Assembly: GCA_030704615.1 (NCBI GenBank)
Contig: CM060732.1
Location: 63,054,001-63,118,000, forward strand
Origin: Takakia lepidozioides
Taxonomy: Eukaryota > Plantae > Bryophyta
DNA length: 64,000 bases
Reading direction: 5' to 3'
The translations under genes and the position numbers were made by a program. Of this stretch, positions 12,572-24,131 are shown piece by piece (the first letter of the stretch is position 1; each line of letters starts with the position of its first letter). A model generated the notes under the pieces. The model did not search any database and had not been told where the DNA came from. It saw nothing but the letters and a program-made list of their open reading frames with translations.

Positions 12572-15500
12572 GTGCTCAAGGGCCACCACTTGGTGGAAGA
12601 TCCACCACAAAAAACAACAGGTCCAGAAGGACCAGCACCAGCAAGGGTGCCAGCACCTGTCAGTGGGCAGAAGGTAGGGCCACAGATGGCGTTACAACCA
12701 ACACGGGCAAAACCACCTTTTCCAATATATTCAGGAAAAGGGGATCCCGATGTACACATTAGCCAATTTGAGCACATGTGTATAGTGAACAATGAGAATG
12801 GCGATGATGCCAAGATGAGATTGTTTCCTTGTTCACTTATCAAGAAAGCAAGTGAATGGTATGCAAGATTCCCTGATAATCATTTCCTAACCTGGAATGG
12901 CTTGAATACAGCATTCCGAAATAGGTTCAGGACAAGTAAAACTGAGGATGAAGTGTATGGAAGTTTACAACAGTTAAAGCAAAAAAGCATGAAACTGTTG
13001 AGGAGTATATGGAAAAGATGGAATTGATGATGAAAAAGCTGGCTGCAGTACCAGCACCAGGTTTACAGAAGACTTGGTTTGTGAGTGGACTAAGACCAGA
13101 GTTGCAAAAGAAAGTGGATATGTTACCCCAATAATACAGTGGAGGAGGCATTTGAAACTGCAAACAGAATTGAGCAATTGGGAATGCTCAGGAGAGAAAA
13201 AGGATGATGAGGACTCTGAGGATGAGTCAGATGAAGAAGAAGAGCAAGAACTAAAAAGGAAGAGTAAGAGAAAGGAGAAGTTGAAGAGGGATAACTATGA
13301 GAAAAGATTGGAAGAAATCTTGAAGAAGTATGCCACAGAGGCTGCAACACATTGGAGGAAGGGTGTATGGTGTGCAAAGTGCCAGAATGAAAGGCCATAC
13401 CACCACAGAATGCCACATGAAGGAGAAACACTGTACTATCTGTAAAATGGATAACCATTCTACTGAGAATTGTTACTACAACAGAAGGACAGCTGCAAGA
13501 GAACCTAGGCAAGTAAGGGTGCATCAGGTGCAGCCCCAGCCAAGAAGAAACAATGATCAGGACCACTATGGTAGGTCTGGTGGTTATAACAATGGCATGG
13601 AAGGGAGAGGTAATTCAAGAGGGAATTACCAAGGAAATTCCAGAGGCAACTATCAGGGTAATCCAAGGGGGAATTACCAGCCCGGGAATCAGGATTACAG
13701 AAATAATCCAAGAGCAGACCAAGGGCGAGGACCCAATGGTGAAGAACTATGTTACTATTGTAATCAGCCAGGACATCGCAAGGCAGCCTGTTCATTCTGG
13801 ATTAGACACCAGAATGAGATGAGAGCTCCTGTGAATGAGGGCCCAGTGGTGGCAGCTCACATGGTTAGGCCATGTGTTGTACCAGAAGTAAGTACAATGA
13901 TAGTAACAAGAAGCAAAGCCAAAAATACCTCCAGTAGTTGAGGAAGATGATGATAATGAAGGGCAGTGATATGCCTGAAGATGATGAGGCTTGGAGAGAT
14001 GAGAAGGAACTGCACAAGGAAGTGGCAGATACCATAAGGGAAATGCAGAAGAGTACTGATATTCCTGTGGCAGATTCCTCTGATTCTGATGGAGAAGAAG
14101 AAGTGAGTGAGGATGAAAGGAAGAAAGAAGATGCAGACATGCAAAGTAATGAAGAGACTTTGGCTGAAGTAATATGCCAGACCAAAGCAGAGATTACCAT
14201 TGGACAGCTATTGGCTGTGGCACCTTATTGTAGGCACAGGCTGTATCAAGCAATCAATCGAATTGCCCAGGAGACAGGAAACACAGACCTGAACAGCAAG
14301 GTGACCAGTTATAATGTGAAGCCGGAAGGGCGAGAAACAGTCATGGACTTTGATGATTCTATGCCAGTAATCCAATTGAGAATTGGAAGCACAGAACTAA
14401 CTGATGTACTGATAGATGGAGGTTCTGGAGTAAATATCATGACAGACCAATTAAGGAAGAAGCTTGGTCTAAGTAACATGAAACCAGCCCCATTTACAGT
14501 AACAATGGCAGATCAAAGAAGTGTACAGCCATTGGGATTAATAAGAGGAGTTAAGATACAGATACAGAAGATGATCTTTATGATCACAGTAACTGTGTTG
14601 AAGATGGATGAAGTCATGGAGGCTTACTCCTTATTATTGGGACGTCCGTGGCTGAAACAGGCCAGGGTATTCCATGACTGGAATTCTCAGTTACTAACCG
14701 TGCATAATGGGATACACGAGATACAAATTACCACAAAGAAATCTAGTAGATTACCTGCTACGAGAAGACCTCGAGGGGTCAGAGAGTATGACTGGAGAGG
14801 AGGACTGGATGAGGAGCAGGAAGCTACCCTGTTGCTGCACACCCAGAGTGGGAGCAGGTTGCAGAGATGCGGCTGGAAGGCCTAAGTTGTTTAAGAGGTA
14901 TCTGCTGTGGTGTAGTGTCAGCAACACCAATTGAAGAGGAAACCAGCAGTTACCCATCACATTTCTATGAAGAAAGAGAAGGAGAAATGGAAATCCTAGA
15001 GGAACCAGCCACTGTGAGTTTACAGGATGAAGTGGTGACTGGTTGGACAATCACAGCTGATGAGCAGGTGAGGGAAGTGAATGTGGGAACTAAAGAGGAA
15101 CCGAGGATGGTGAAGGTAGGAGCTGATTTGGAGCCAGAATTCTTTGAAGAAGCTAAGAGTTGTTCATCAAATACAGAGATGTATTTGCTTGGAGCTATGA
15201 GGATCTAAAAGGGATACCACCTGAAATCTGTCAGCATAAGATTGAACTGGAACCAGGGTCAGTACCAATCAAGCAGGCAAGGTACAGAATGAATCCCAAC
15301 TACGCACAGAAGGTTGGAGAAGAGATCAAGAAGTTGGCTGAGGCTAAGTTTATATACCCAATAGAGTATACAACTTGGTTGTCACCCATTGTGATAGTTC
15401 CCAAGAAGAATGGTAAACTAAGAGTTTGTGTGAACTACAAGAAGCTGAATGCTTGTACGAAGAAAGATCCTTTCCCTTTGCCATTCACAGAAGCAGTATT

Positions 15501-17830
15501 GGACACTGTGGCAGGCCATGAGATGTACTCATTCATGGATGGCTTCAGTGGTTATAATCAAGTGCAAGTGGCAGAAGAAGACCAAGGAAAGACAGCTTTC
15601 ATCACAGACTGGGGTGCTTATGCATACAAAGTCATGCCCTTTGGACTTTGTAATGCACCAGCAACCTTTCAGAGAGTGATAAGTGAATCTTTTCATGAGT
15701 ATCTGGATGATTTCATGCAGGTGTTCTTGGATGATTTCAGTGTGTACAGCTCTAAGAATGAGCACTTGCATAAATTGGCTGGCCAGATGCAGGATGAGAG
15801 GTCTGGGCCTGAATCCAGAGAAGTGTACTTTCTGTGTGAACTCAGGGGTGCTTCTGGGACACATTGTGTGTAAGAGGGACTTCTGTGGATCCCAGGAAGA
15901 CAGAGGCCATTAAAGCCTCTCCACCACCAGTGAATGTTAAGAGTCTAAGGAGATTCCTTGGGCAAACCAGTTATTACAGAAGATTTGTCAAAAGGTATGC
16001 ACAAATAGCAGCACCATTGAGCAAGCTTCTGAAGAAAGATGCAGTGTTTGCATGGACAGCTGAATGTCAACAGGCTTTTGAGGAACTTACATTGTCAGTA
16101 ACAACTACACCTGTGCTGATTAACCCTCACTGGCATGTAGTATTTCATGTTCACTGTGATGCTCAGGAGAAGCGTTGGGAGCGGTGTTAGCCCAGAATGT
16201 TACAGGAAATATAGATTCACCTGTGTACTATGCTAGCAGGTTGATGAACAGTGCTGAAAGAACTATAGCACAACTGAAAGAGAAGCACTGGCAATGATTT
16301 ATGCAGTCAAGAAATTCAGGCATTACCTATTGGGAAGAAAGTTTATGTTTTATGTGGATCACCAGGCTCTGATATATCTGGTGAACAAACCTTTGATAAG
16401 TGGAAGGATAGCGAGGTGGTTAATAATCTTGCATGAGTTTGAGTTCGAAGTTGTTTACAAGCCTGGCCGTTTGCATCTTGTGGCAGATCATTTGTCACGA
16501 CTAACAACAGGAGAGCCGCCACAGGAGTAGACGATCAGTTACCTGATGCGAGTTATTTGTAATGGAGGTGCAAGGAAGTGCAGATGAATGGTTAGATTGG
16601 CAGTGGCCAATCAGATACTACCTTACTCATGGTCAGTGCCCACCTAGTTATGGTAAGAGCAGAGGAAGAGAATCGCTATCAAGCTTTACCTTATACTATG
16701 GTAGGAGCAGAATGTATAAGCTAGGACCTGATGGAGTACTAAAACGATGCTTGTACCACCATGAAGTAAATAAAGTTTTGGAGGAAGTTCATAAAGGAGT
16801 GGCTGGAGGTCATTTTGGAGAAGAGACTACCAGTAGGAAGATACTACTGCAGGTTACTGGTGGCCTACTTTGTTCAAAGATGTACACAAGTATTGTCAGA
16901 GTTGTGATGAATGTCAGAGGCTAGGACCTTTGCAGAGATCTGGAAGATGGCTTTGCATCCTACAATGCCTACGGAACCATTTCAGAAATGGGGACTAGAC
17001 TTTGTTGGACCATTAACCCACCAGCCAAGAATACACAGAACAGGTACATAATTACAGCCACTGATTATACTACGAAGTGGGTGGAAGCTAAAGCTTTGAG
17101 GGACAACACAGCCAAGTCCACAGCAAGGTTCCTGTATGAGAACATACTTACACGATTTGGCTGTCCCTTGGAATTTATCAGTGATCAGGGAAGTCACTTC
17201 ATTAATGAGACCATTGAATTATTGACTAAAGAGTTCATGATTGTGCATAGGAAGAGTACAACATATTACCCACAGGGTAATGGGCAGGCAGAGGCTACCA
17301 ACAAAATACTATGTACTATCTTGGCTAAGATAGTCAATGCAAACAGAACGGATTGGGATACAAAGCTGCTGACAGCTTTGTGGTCATACAGGACTTCATA
17401 TAAAGTCACCACTAAGTATACACCATTCCAATTAGTTTATGGTATGGAAGCTTACTTCCAGTGGAATTCCTGTTACCTACCATGAGAACGGAATGGGGAA
17501 AGAGAATGGAATTGCAAGATTCATTAAGGTCAGGAAACATGAATTATACCATGTGGAAGAAGTACGTGCTGATGCAGCTGATAATATGACCAGAATTCAG
17601 ATGAAGAGAAAGGAACAGTTTGATGAAGGCAAGTTAAAGACTTTTAAGACGGGAGATTTGGTTCTATGGTTGCAGAAGAAGGAAAGATTAAAGCTTCTAA
17701 GCTTAAATCACCATGGAAAGGACCTTATGTCATACAAAAGATGTATGATAACAACACCGCCATGTTACAAACCATTAACAAAGAGATGCTGGGAAGAGTC
17801 AATGCAATAAGTTGAGGGGTACAGTGGTAT
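12572..17830 (+). pseudogene. gag-pol polyprotein region, broken by many frameshifts
   Basis: Gag (YSGKGDPDVHI...ASEWY), three CCHC knuckles, protease VLIDGGSGVNIM, RT (KNGKLRVCV, MDGFSGYNQ, MPFGLCNAPATFQR, FLDD), RNase H (VDHQAL, ADHLSRL), integrase (SDQGSHF, YYPQGNGQAEATN). Confidence 0.9.
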
Positions 17831-17954
17831 CCATGACAAACCATTGCAGCATGATTTGCATGTTGAAACGCAAAAGCAGTCACGGGCTGCGCCAGTGATA
17901 CCAACGGAGTATGGAGCACTTGTCGCTAGCCGAGCATATATGACCAGGGCGGGC

Positions 17955-18105
17955 AGTATCACAGCCCATTATCACAGCCCACCAGCTACACAACCTATCA
18001 CAGCCCAGCCAGCGTGTCACAGCCTATCACAGCTTACCACAGTGTATCACAACCTATCACGGCGTACCACAGTATGACACAACCTGTCACAGCTTAACAC
18101 AGCCT
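17955..18105 (+). repeat. Internal ~10-bp-period CACAG array between pol and the extra ORF
   Basis: tatcacagcc / tatcacagct / taccacagtg / tatcacaacc / tatcacggcg / taccacagta / tgacacaacc / tgtcacagct / taacacagcc. Confidence 0.85.
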
Positions 18106-18322
18106 ATTAGGGTTACACAATCCATAGAATCAGTGACAGGTGGACGCAGGATAACTTCAGGGAAATGGCCGGCAGAAGAAAGGACGGAAGCCAATTTAGA
18201 AAGGGACACGTGGAAGTCAGGGCGCAACACACAGCTGAGAAGGACGTGCAAGAACGGATGTCATCAAGAAAGAGGACAAGAATGGCCGTCAAAATACCTA
18301 ATTAGCACGTCAATTCGGATGA

Positions 18323-21199
18323 ATGGCGGGCCCATTAATGAATACGAAAAAGGGGCAACAGAACAAACGGCAAGTACAGAAAAGCGAAATTCTTGTCACA
18401 TGTGTTATCCTAGAACAGTCCAGCAGGGAAAATCCACTAAAGAAAATTAAATCTAAAATCCAGTCACAACGGTTACAGCCAATCAAAAGCCAGAAAATGG
18501 ATCAAGAAATTGGAAAGAATTTAAGCGCAACAGTCGGCGTCGTTCTAAGTAATGGGCGTCTCGACGGGACAAACCATCAATGCTATAGCTTTGAAGCTAT
18601 GGAGGAACTAACAGACTATACGCTTGCAATATTACTTACGCAGTGGCATAGAGACGAAAGAACAGAGCGGATCTTTTCTCTTGATCGATGCTTGCAAGCC
18701 CCGCAGACTTACAAGAAGTTACCCATAGCTTTTTGTGGCAACCATACTTTTATGCTTTGTGCCCTGCAGGCATTTCTTCAATTGTTACAGTCAAAACATT
18801 TATGTGGGTCTAGAATGAAGAGAGTGAGAGGAATGGAAGAAATCAAGGTGAAGAGCACCACAATCCTACAGAAACAAACGATTGCTACTCCACAGGCGGT
18901 ACAGTTACTGAAGGAGCTGAGATTGCAAGGATTGCAAAACAAAGATTGGACATTGCACCATAGACAATACATGTTACAATTCTTGCAGAACTTTGAGCCT
19001 AAGACAGGAGCAACAACGGTGAAGGGAGTTGAATTGGAAATTACTCCCCTATACCTACAGCAATTGTTTCAATTGCCAGCAGGTCAAGTGCATGTGGAGG
19101 GGCACAGGGCAAGACTGCAAATAGGGGACTTATTCCAAGAAGGGAGTTTCTTTAAAACTCAGGGTTATGCTTGTACCAAGGCCGTGTACCCAGGGCTAAA
19201 GGAGGTAGGCCAGGTATTGAACGTTCTGTTTGCCATGAAACAGAACCAACAGTATTTGAGCAGATCCTTCACAGAGGAAATACTCAAAGCCCTGAGAGGA
19301 CAAGAGGTGGAATGGGCGGACATAATGTACAACGCACTGGTAGAGGAGATGAAAAGATTACAGGGTACTGCCGCAAAATCTCCTATCATAGTGTCTGGCC
19401 CAATCATTGCTCAAATAATTCTTGATTCTGGCATACTTGATGCTCGAGAAAGAAAGGAGATGGGAGTGTTTGAGCTAGAAACCACTGCAATGGAAGAGCA
19501 AGGCTCTTCACACAGTGAGGGTGGACTAGCAGGGCAACCCCAAACTAAAAGACAGAGGCGGGGAAAGACTGTAGTGGCGGATCCATTGGCTTCACGGAAT
19601 CCGCATGATAATGTTTCCCAAGTTTTTGTGCAGGAAGGGGCACAGCAGCACAGAGAACTGCTATTACTGGAAGCAGGACCTTCAGAGAGGGAAGAGGAAG
19701 TTACTTCAGTATCACAGCCATCACAGCCAGAGGATCGGCTTGTCACAAGGTTACCACAAGTTGTCCATGCAGTTCAACCAGAAATAATTGATTTAGAAAA
19801 AAAAGGGTTAGATATTCCCACTACAGAACAGGTGGTGGCAGAAATTGAGAAGGGAGACCTTCTCTATGAATATTCTGGTGTGGTCAATGACACAGTGATT
19901 CCGGAGGTGCAACGGTTGTCCAAGGGAAACCCTGCGGTGCATATAATATACACACCTGTGACGGAGGTACCACAGGTAGAATGTCAAGACACTGCGGCAC
20001 CGGTTACGGATGAAGTGGTTCAGGAAGAAAATCTGGTGGGGCAATGGCCTGAATGGTTCGTAAGGCATCACACTATTGAGGATCAGGGAGAACAGCAGCA
20101 AGCTCACCAAGATGACCCTCAACAGGCTATGCTTATGAGTTCCATAAGCAGGACACTGAATTTGTTGGGTACTTATGTCAAATCCCATGTTCCCACTACT
20201 CAATTGGCAGCTTTGAGGGAGGAACTCGGGAAAGAGTTTGAGGCTCGACTTGCCACAGAGTGTGCAAACAAGGTCGATGAAGAGGTCACTCTCAAGATGC
20301 AGCAAGACTTGGAGAGTACAGAAGCGGCTTTGCAATTGGCCAAGGAACAATTGATTGAGGCAGGCCTCGCACAAGACCACTTGCACGAAGCACATAAACA
20401 ACAGCTATACCAAATGCAGGTGAAGCATGAAAGCAAGTTGCAAGAAGTGAATGCACTACATATGGAGTTGCAGACAATGCATGACAGGATGGCCATACAA
20501 TGTGCTACACTCACAACTATGCTTGACCAATCTACAAAAGAAATAAACAGTCAAGCGGAAAGATGTACGAAGGCAGAGGAAGAGAATGTTGAGCAAATGA
20601 AACTCATTGTCGATATGAAGAATACAATCTGTCGCAATGAGGATACTTTCAAGCAATACAGGCAGGTTGAAGTTGACCAAGAGAGGTACATTCTGGAGTT
20701 GCAACAAACGGTAATAGCCAATAGAAATGAAATCTCGGTCACTAACAAGGCTTGGAAGGAAGCCAATAATCTGCTTGCTGCCTATGCGAATTTGGTTAAA
20801 CCTCATGCGAAGCGCATGGAGGCTTTACAACAGCAGTTAGATATGTACAAACTCAGAGATGAGCACACTCTCAGAGGAACCACAAGCAACTTGGTGGATA
20901 ACCACCTTATGCAGGTCTGGTTAGCACAAGGGCCAGTGGAGGGCAAAGCACCACGAAAGCTCACCCAAAGCGAGATGAATGAGCTCAGGCTGCAAGTGCA
21001 GAACATTGCCACAACTACTATAGACAATGTCTATAGTAGGATAGCGGAGTTACAGGAGGATGTAGACGGCCTGCAGACTCAAGTGGAGGACCTCACTTCA
21101 AATATCGACAAGAGAGTCTGTATACCTGAGGAACAGCTAATGGCTTCTTATTTACAAGCCAGAACTTTGGCTTTTCAGTCTTATTCACAGGAGGTGTAG
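18323..21199 (+). CDS. Retrotransposon extra ORF, 958 aa; N-terminal plant-transposon-protein-like domain, acidic linker, long coiled coil
   Basis: Uninterrupted ORF inside the element, 3' of integrase. TVKGVELEITPLYLQQLFQLP and VEWADIMYNAL resemble motifs of Athila/SIRE extra-ORF proteins (recognised by eye). The C-terminal third is E/Q/L-rich and heptad-like. Confidence 0.75.
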   Translation: MAGPLMNTKKGQQNKRQVQKSEILVTCVILEQSSRENPLKKIKSKIQSQRLQPIKSQKMDQEIGKNLSATVGVVLSNGRLDGTNHQCYSFEAMEELTDYTLAILLTQWHRDERTERIFSLDRCLQAPQTYKKLPIAFCGNHTFMLCALQAFLQLLQSKHLCGSRMKRVRGMEEIKVKSTTILQKQTIATPQAVQLLKELRLQGLQNKDWTLHHRQYMLQFLQNFEPKTGATTVKGVELEITPLYLQQLFQLPAGQVHVEGHRARLQIGDLFQEGSFFKTQGYACTKAVYPGLKEVGQVLNVLFAMKQNQQYLSRSFTEEILKALRGQEVEWADIMYNALVEEMKRLQGTAAKSPIIVSGPIIAQIILDSGILDARERKEMGVFELETTAMEEQGSSHSEGGLAGQPQTKRQRRGKTVVADPLASRNPHDNVSQVFVQEGAQQHRELLLLEAGPSEREEEVTSVSQPSQPEDRLVTRLPQVVHAVQPEIIDLEKKGLDIPTTEQVVAEIEKGDLLYEYSGVVNDTVIPEVQRLSKGNPAVHIIYTPVTEVPQVECQDTAAPVTDEVVQEENLVGQWPEWFVRHHTIEDQGEQQQAHQDDPQQAMLMSSISRTLNLLGTYVKSHVPTTQLAALREELGKEFEARLATECANKVDEEVTLKMQQDLESTEAALQLAKEQLIEAGLAQDHLHEAHKQQLYQMQVKHESKLQEVNALHMELQTMHDRMAIQCATLTTMLDQSTKEINSQAERCTKAEEENVEQMKLIVDMKNTICRNEDTFKQYRQVEVDQERYILELQQTVIANRNEISVTNKAWKEANNLLAAYANLVKPHAKRMEALQQQLDMYKLRDEHTLRGTTSNLVDNHLMQVWLAQGPVEGKAPRKLTQSEMNELRLQVQNIATTTIDNVYSRIAELQEDVDGLQTQVEDLTSNIDKRVCIPEEQLMASYLQARTLAFQSYSQEV

Positions 21200-21202
21200 G
21201 AG

Positions 21203-22378
21203 ATGCCAATGGTACAAGAACCAGTGCTACCAACACCACAACAAGTCACAGTGCCAGTAGCTGACCCTGTTGTTACTACAGCCACACCACAGCCACCACA
21301 GCCTGAGGTATGGGGGAATGCTGCTTTTAACCCACCTAAAACTCCAGCTGCAAGGGAGTACAATAGGGCTATGATTATGCCCTTCAACCAAATTCCTATT
21401 ATGTTAGATTTGGCTTGGAAAGAATTTAGTCCCCCGCAGTCATTGGCACATTACTATCAAATCATGCGCATTTGGCTGCCAGTGGCAACTAGGACTAAAG
21501 TTCTTCCGAACAATCGACCAATTGAGGATCATCACTTTGCACAGTACTGGCATGAGGCAGGTACCATGTTGAAGGAATTAATTGCCTTCCAAGTTGTACA
21601 TGGATTCATTTATACCAAGACCAAGGAGATAGCAAGTATTGTCATGGGATGTGGGTTATACTACGCTGCTTGTTTTCTGGTACGTTATCACATTGAGCAG
21701 CACAAGATGCAATCGCGCTTTCTGAGTTATTCCAGTGGGGATCATTGGGTCTTACCTTCAGTGCTACCTCATATGTACCTATATGAGACAAAAGTTATGA
21801 TGCAAAAGGATTCTCAAATTCGTTCATGGTTTGATGCGGCCTGGAACAATTTGTCAACACAGAAATTCGGCCCTAACGATATTTTCTTTAAAGGACATGA
21901 GGCATGGAAATACTTGCACAATGCACAGGTCATTGGTACCCCACTCACCTGGACAGACAAAGAGCTCAGGGTCTTCACCAATTTTACCATTCAGCGTTTA
22001 CAGCAAGTTTTAAAGTTTAAACTTCCAGACATGGTAGGACAACATTGTATGCCCCAGAGGATTCCACAAAAAGTTCGGCAGTTAAAACACCTGAGAGGCG
22101 ATGAGGATTCTGATACAACTGTTTCTTCAGCGGACTCTTTTGACATGGGAGAAGACTATGCAATTCAGATGGCAGAGAAGAAACGACGGGGGTCTCCTAT
22201 ACCTGAAAGATTACCTCGATATCAGCCTCCAGAGGGCCTTACATATCCAGGTAGTGTTCAATCATCTCCGTCAACCAGTGACAGACCTCGGGCTCGTACA
22301 CAGAGTCCGCCACGAAACTCTCAACGTATCAAGGTGCTCGCTCACAAAGGTTTGCTAATCCCAATCAGTAAACCGTGA
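21203..22378 (+). CDS. Second extra ORF, 391 aa, in frame with the first and separated by one TAG
   Basis: gtg TAG gag ATG junction; ends just before the PPT; no recognised domain. Confidence 0.65.
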   Translation: MPMVQEPVLPTPQQVTVPVADPVVTTATPQPPQPEVWGNAAFNPPKTPAAREYNRAMIMPFNQIPIMLDLAWKEFSPPQSLAHYYQIMRIWLPVATRTKVLPNNRPIEDHHFAQYWHEAGTMLKELIAFQVVHGFIYTKTKEIASIVMGCGLYYAACFLVRYHIEQHKMQSRFLSYSSGDHWVLPSVLPHMYLYETKVMMQKDSQIRSWFDAAWNNLSTQKFGPNDIFFKGHEAWKYLHNAQVIGTPLTWTDKELRVFTNFTIQRLQQVLKFKLPDMVGQHCMPQRIPQKVRQLKHLRGDEDSDTTVSSADSFDMGEDYAIQMAEKKRRGSPIPERLPRYQPPEGLTYPGSVQSSPSTSDRPRARTQSPPRNSQRIKVLAHKGLLIPISKP

Positions 22379-22392
22379 GGACACGGCTTTTT

Positions 22393-22406
22393 GAGAGGGG
22401 AAGGGG
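22393..22406 (+). promoter_or_regulatory. Polypurine tract
   Basis: gagaggggaagggg immediately before the 3' LTR. Confidence 0.85.
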
Positions 22407-22409
22407 TAA

Positions 22410-23394
22410 TGTTGGAGGACTGTCTGGGACTTAGACACTTTTACGGGATCTATGGGGGACCCTTAATTTTTGCACAGACTGAGACCAATAGGAGCCTTAG
22501 GGGTGACAGCAGCGCACTTTAGGGGGGGTTACACAGCTCATCACAGCCAACACAGCCCGTCACAGCCAACACAGCTCGTCACAACCAACACAGCCCGTCA
22601 CAGTCCGGCACAGCTCGTCACAGCCAACACAGCCCGTCACAGTCCGACACAGCTCGTCACAGCCAACACAGCCCGTCACAGCCAACACAGCTCGTCACAG
22701 CCGACACAGCCAGTCAAAGCTTGACACAGCTGTCACGACCATAGGGAACGGATAGCAGGACAGGGAACGACTGTGGGGAACAACATCTGCGAATGGAACA
22801 TGTTAGTTCACGGGTGACGGTTAGTGAGGGAAACGGTTAGAACAACGGGTAGGAAGATAAAACGAGGAGTGAGGACTGGAAGAGGATCACATCTTGGGGA
22901 TCACTTCTTGGGGGAATACTTCGGACATCACTGGGGGAAATGAGGGAGAGTGTATCTCTGAGCAGAAAGAGGGAGAGCACGGAGTAGGAGGAGGACGATC
23001 TGTTGATGCTTAATGAATGCAGGCAGTAGAATTGTAATGAAGAGCAGATTAGAGACTCCATGGCTTCAGCCTGATACTTGATAGATATTAATCTGATACA
23101 CACTTCATACTCACATTGTGTAAAGAGATCTGAGTGAAGCTGTGGAATGAATGGATGAGTTGATGGAATCCGATAGATTGATGAAGCAAACTGATACTTA
23201 ATTACCAACAGTAAGGTAACTAGCTAACATGAATGCGGAAGGGAAAACAAATAGGAAACACCCCCATGTTACACTAGCTGTAGGTCATGACTGATTGTTC
23301 TGAGCGGGCTGAGTACTTAGAGATTTCCAACTCTTCTATCTTGGAGTTTCCGCCTCGGATAGCGAAGGGATGGGTGAGTAAAAGCTGCGCGACA
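22410..23394 (+). repeat. 3' LTR (985 bp)
   Basis: Copy of the 5' LTR with a slightly longer CACAG array, followed by TSD gaagc. Confidence 0.95.
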
Positions 23395-23469
23395 GAAGCC
23401 ATTTGACTTGACACAAGTGAATGCACGTCATGTGTGTATGCACGTAGGTAGTTCCCACAGATGTACGCA

Positions 23470-23815
23470 CCCGATCACCACTGATAATGAATCAGGAAAT
23501 GAATACTGTCGTCAGGTTGCCCAGAAAATGGCAATTGCATTAACCCTTTCCTGTCTGCTTCTGTTTGTTGTTCAAAGGCAGGGTATAACCTGCCCTGAGT
23601 TTGAATTTTAGTGTAGTGCGGCCCCGTAAACTTCATTATCATCAGACTATTTTCTGCCATCAGACATGGCTTTGGACAGCAGAGCCTCTAAGAAAGATCT
23701 ATGCAGCATGGTGAAGGCTTGCTGGGAAAGATGCAGTCCCTTGAGAACCTGTTTTACTCTCTCCCGCCAGGACTTAGCCTTGTGCACGGACAAGGCAATC
23801 CTAGTACGCTCACCC
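23470..23815 (-). mobile_element. Degenerate fragment of the RTE-X-like LINE family
   Basis: Reverse complement gives DSIHFLIH, tttgaacaacaaacagaagcaga and ggctaagtcctggc, homologous to about 450-830. Confidence 0.75.
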
Positions 23816-24084
23816 AAAAGTTAGGCGGAGTGGCATTGAGGTTTGGATACATGAAAATCGCCCTTGGACACGTGAAATTTTCTAATACATGGAATAGACT
23901 GATTGAATAGACCCAAAAAATGATGATCGTCAACGATCATCACTTCTGTTCTGTTTTGGCAGGAGTGACGATCATAGATGATCATCAATTTTTTGGTTTT
24001 TTGGGTTATTATTTATTATTTATTTTTAATAATAATAATTTTAAAAGAAAAAACGAAAATCATTCATCAATTCTGCTAGATGGA

Positions 24085-24131
24085 TTAAGGTTAGGGTTTA
24101 GGGTTCAGGGTTAATTTGGGATTTAGGGTTT
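24085..24131 (+). repeat. Short degenerate interstitial telomere-like repeat
   Basis: ttaagg ttaggg tttaggg ttcaggg ttaatttggg atttaggg ttt. Confidence 0.65.

Larger units (their letters stand above)
10372..23394 (+). mobile_element. Full-length Ty3/Gypsy non-chromovirus LTR retrotransposon (Phygy/Athila-like), 13.0 kb
   Basis: TG...CA LTRs at 10372-11327 and 22410-23394, 5-bp TSD GAAGC on both sides, PBS and PPT present, domain order gag-PR-RT-RH-INT, no chromodomain and no second RNase H seen. Confidence 0.95.

Noticed and set aside
18323-21199. Envelope glycoprotein interpretation of the extra ORF
   Set aside because: No evident signal peptide or transmembrane segment; the C-terminal part is a hydrophilic coiled coil.
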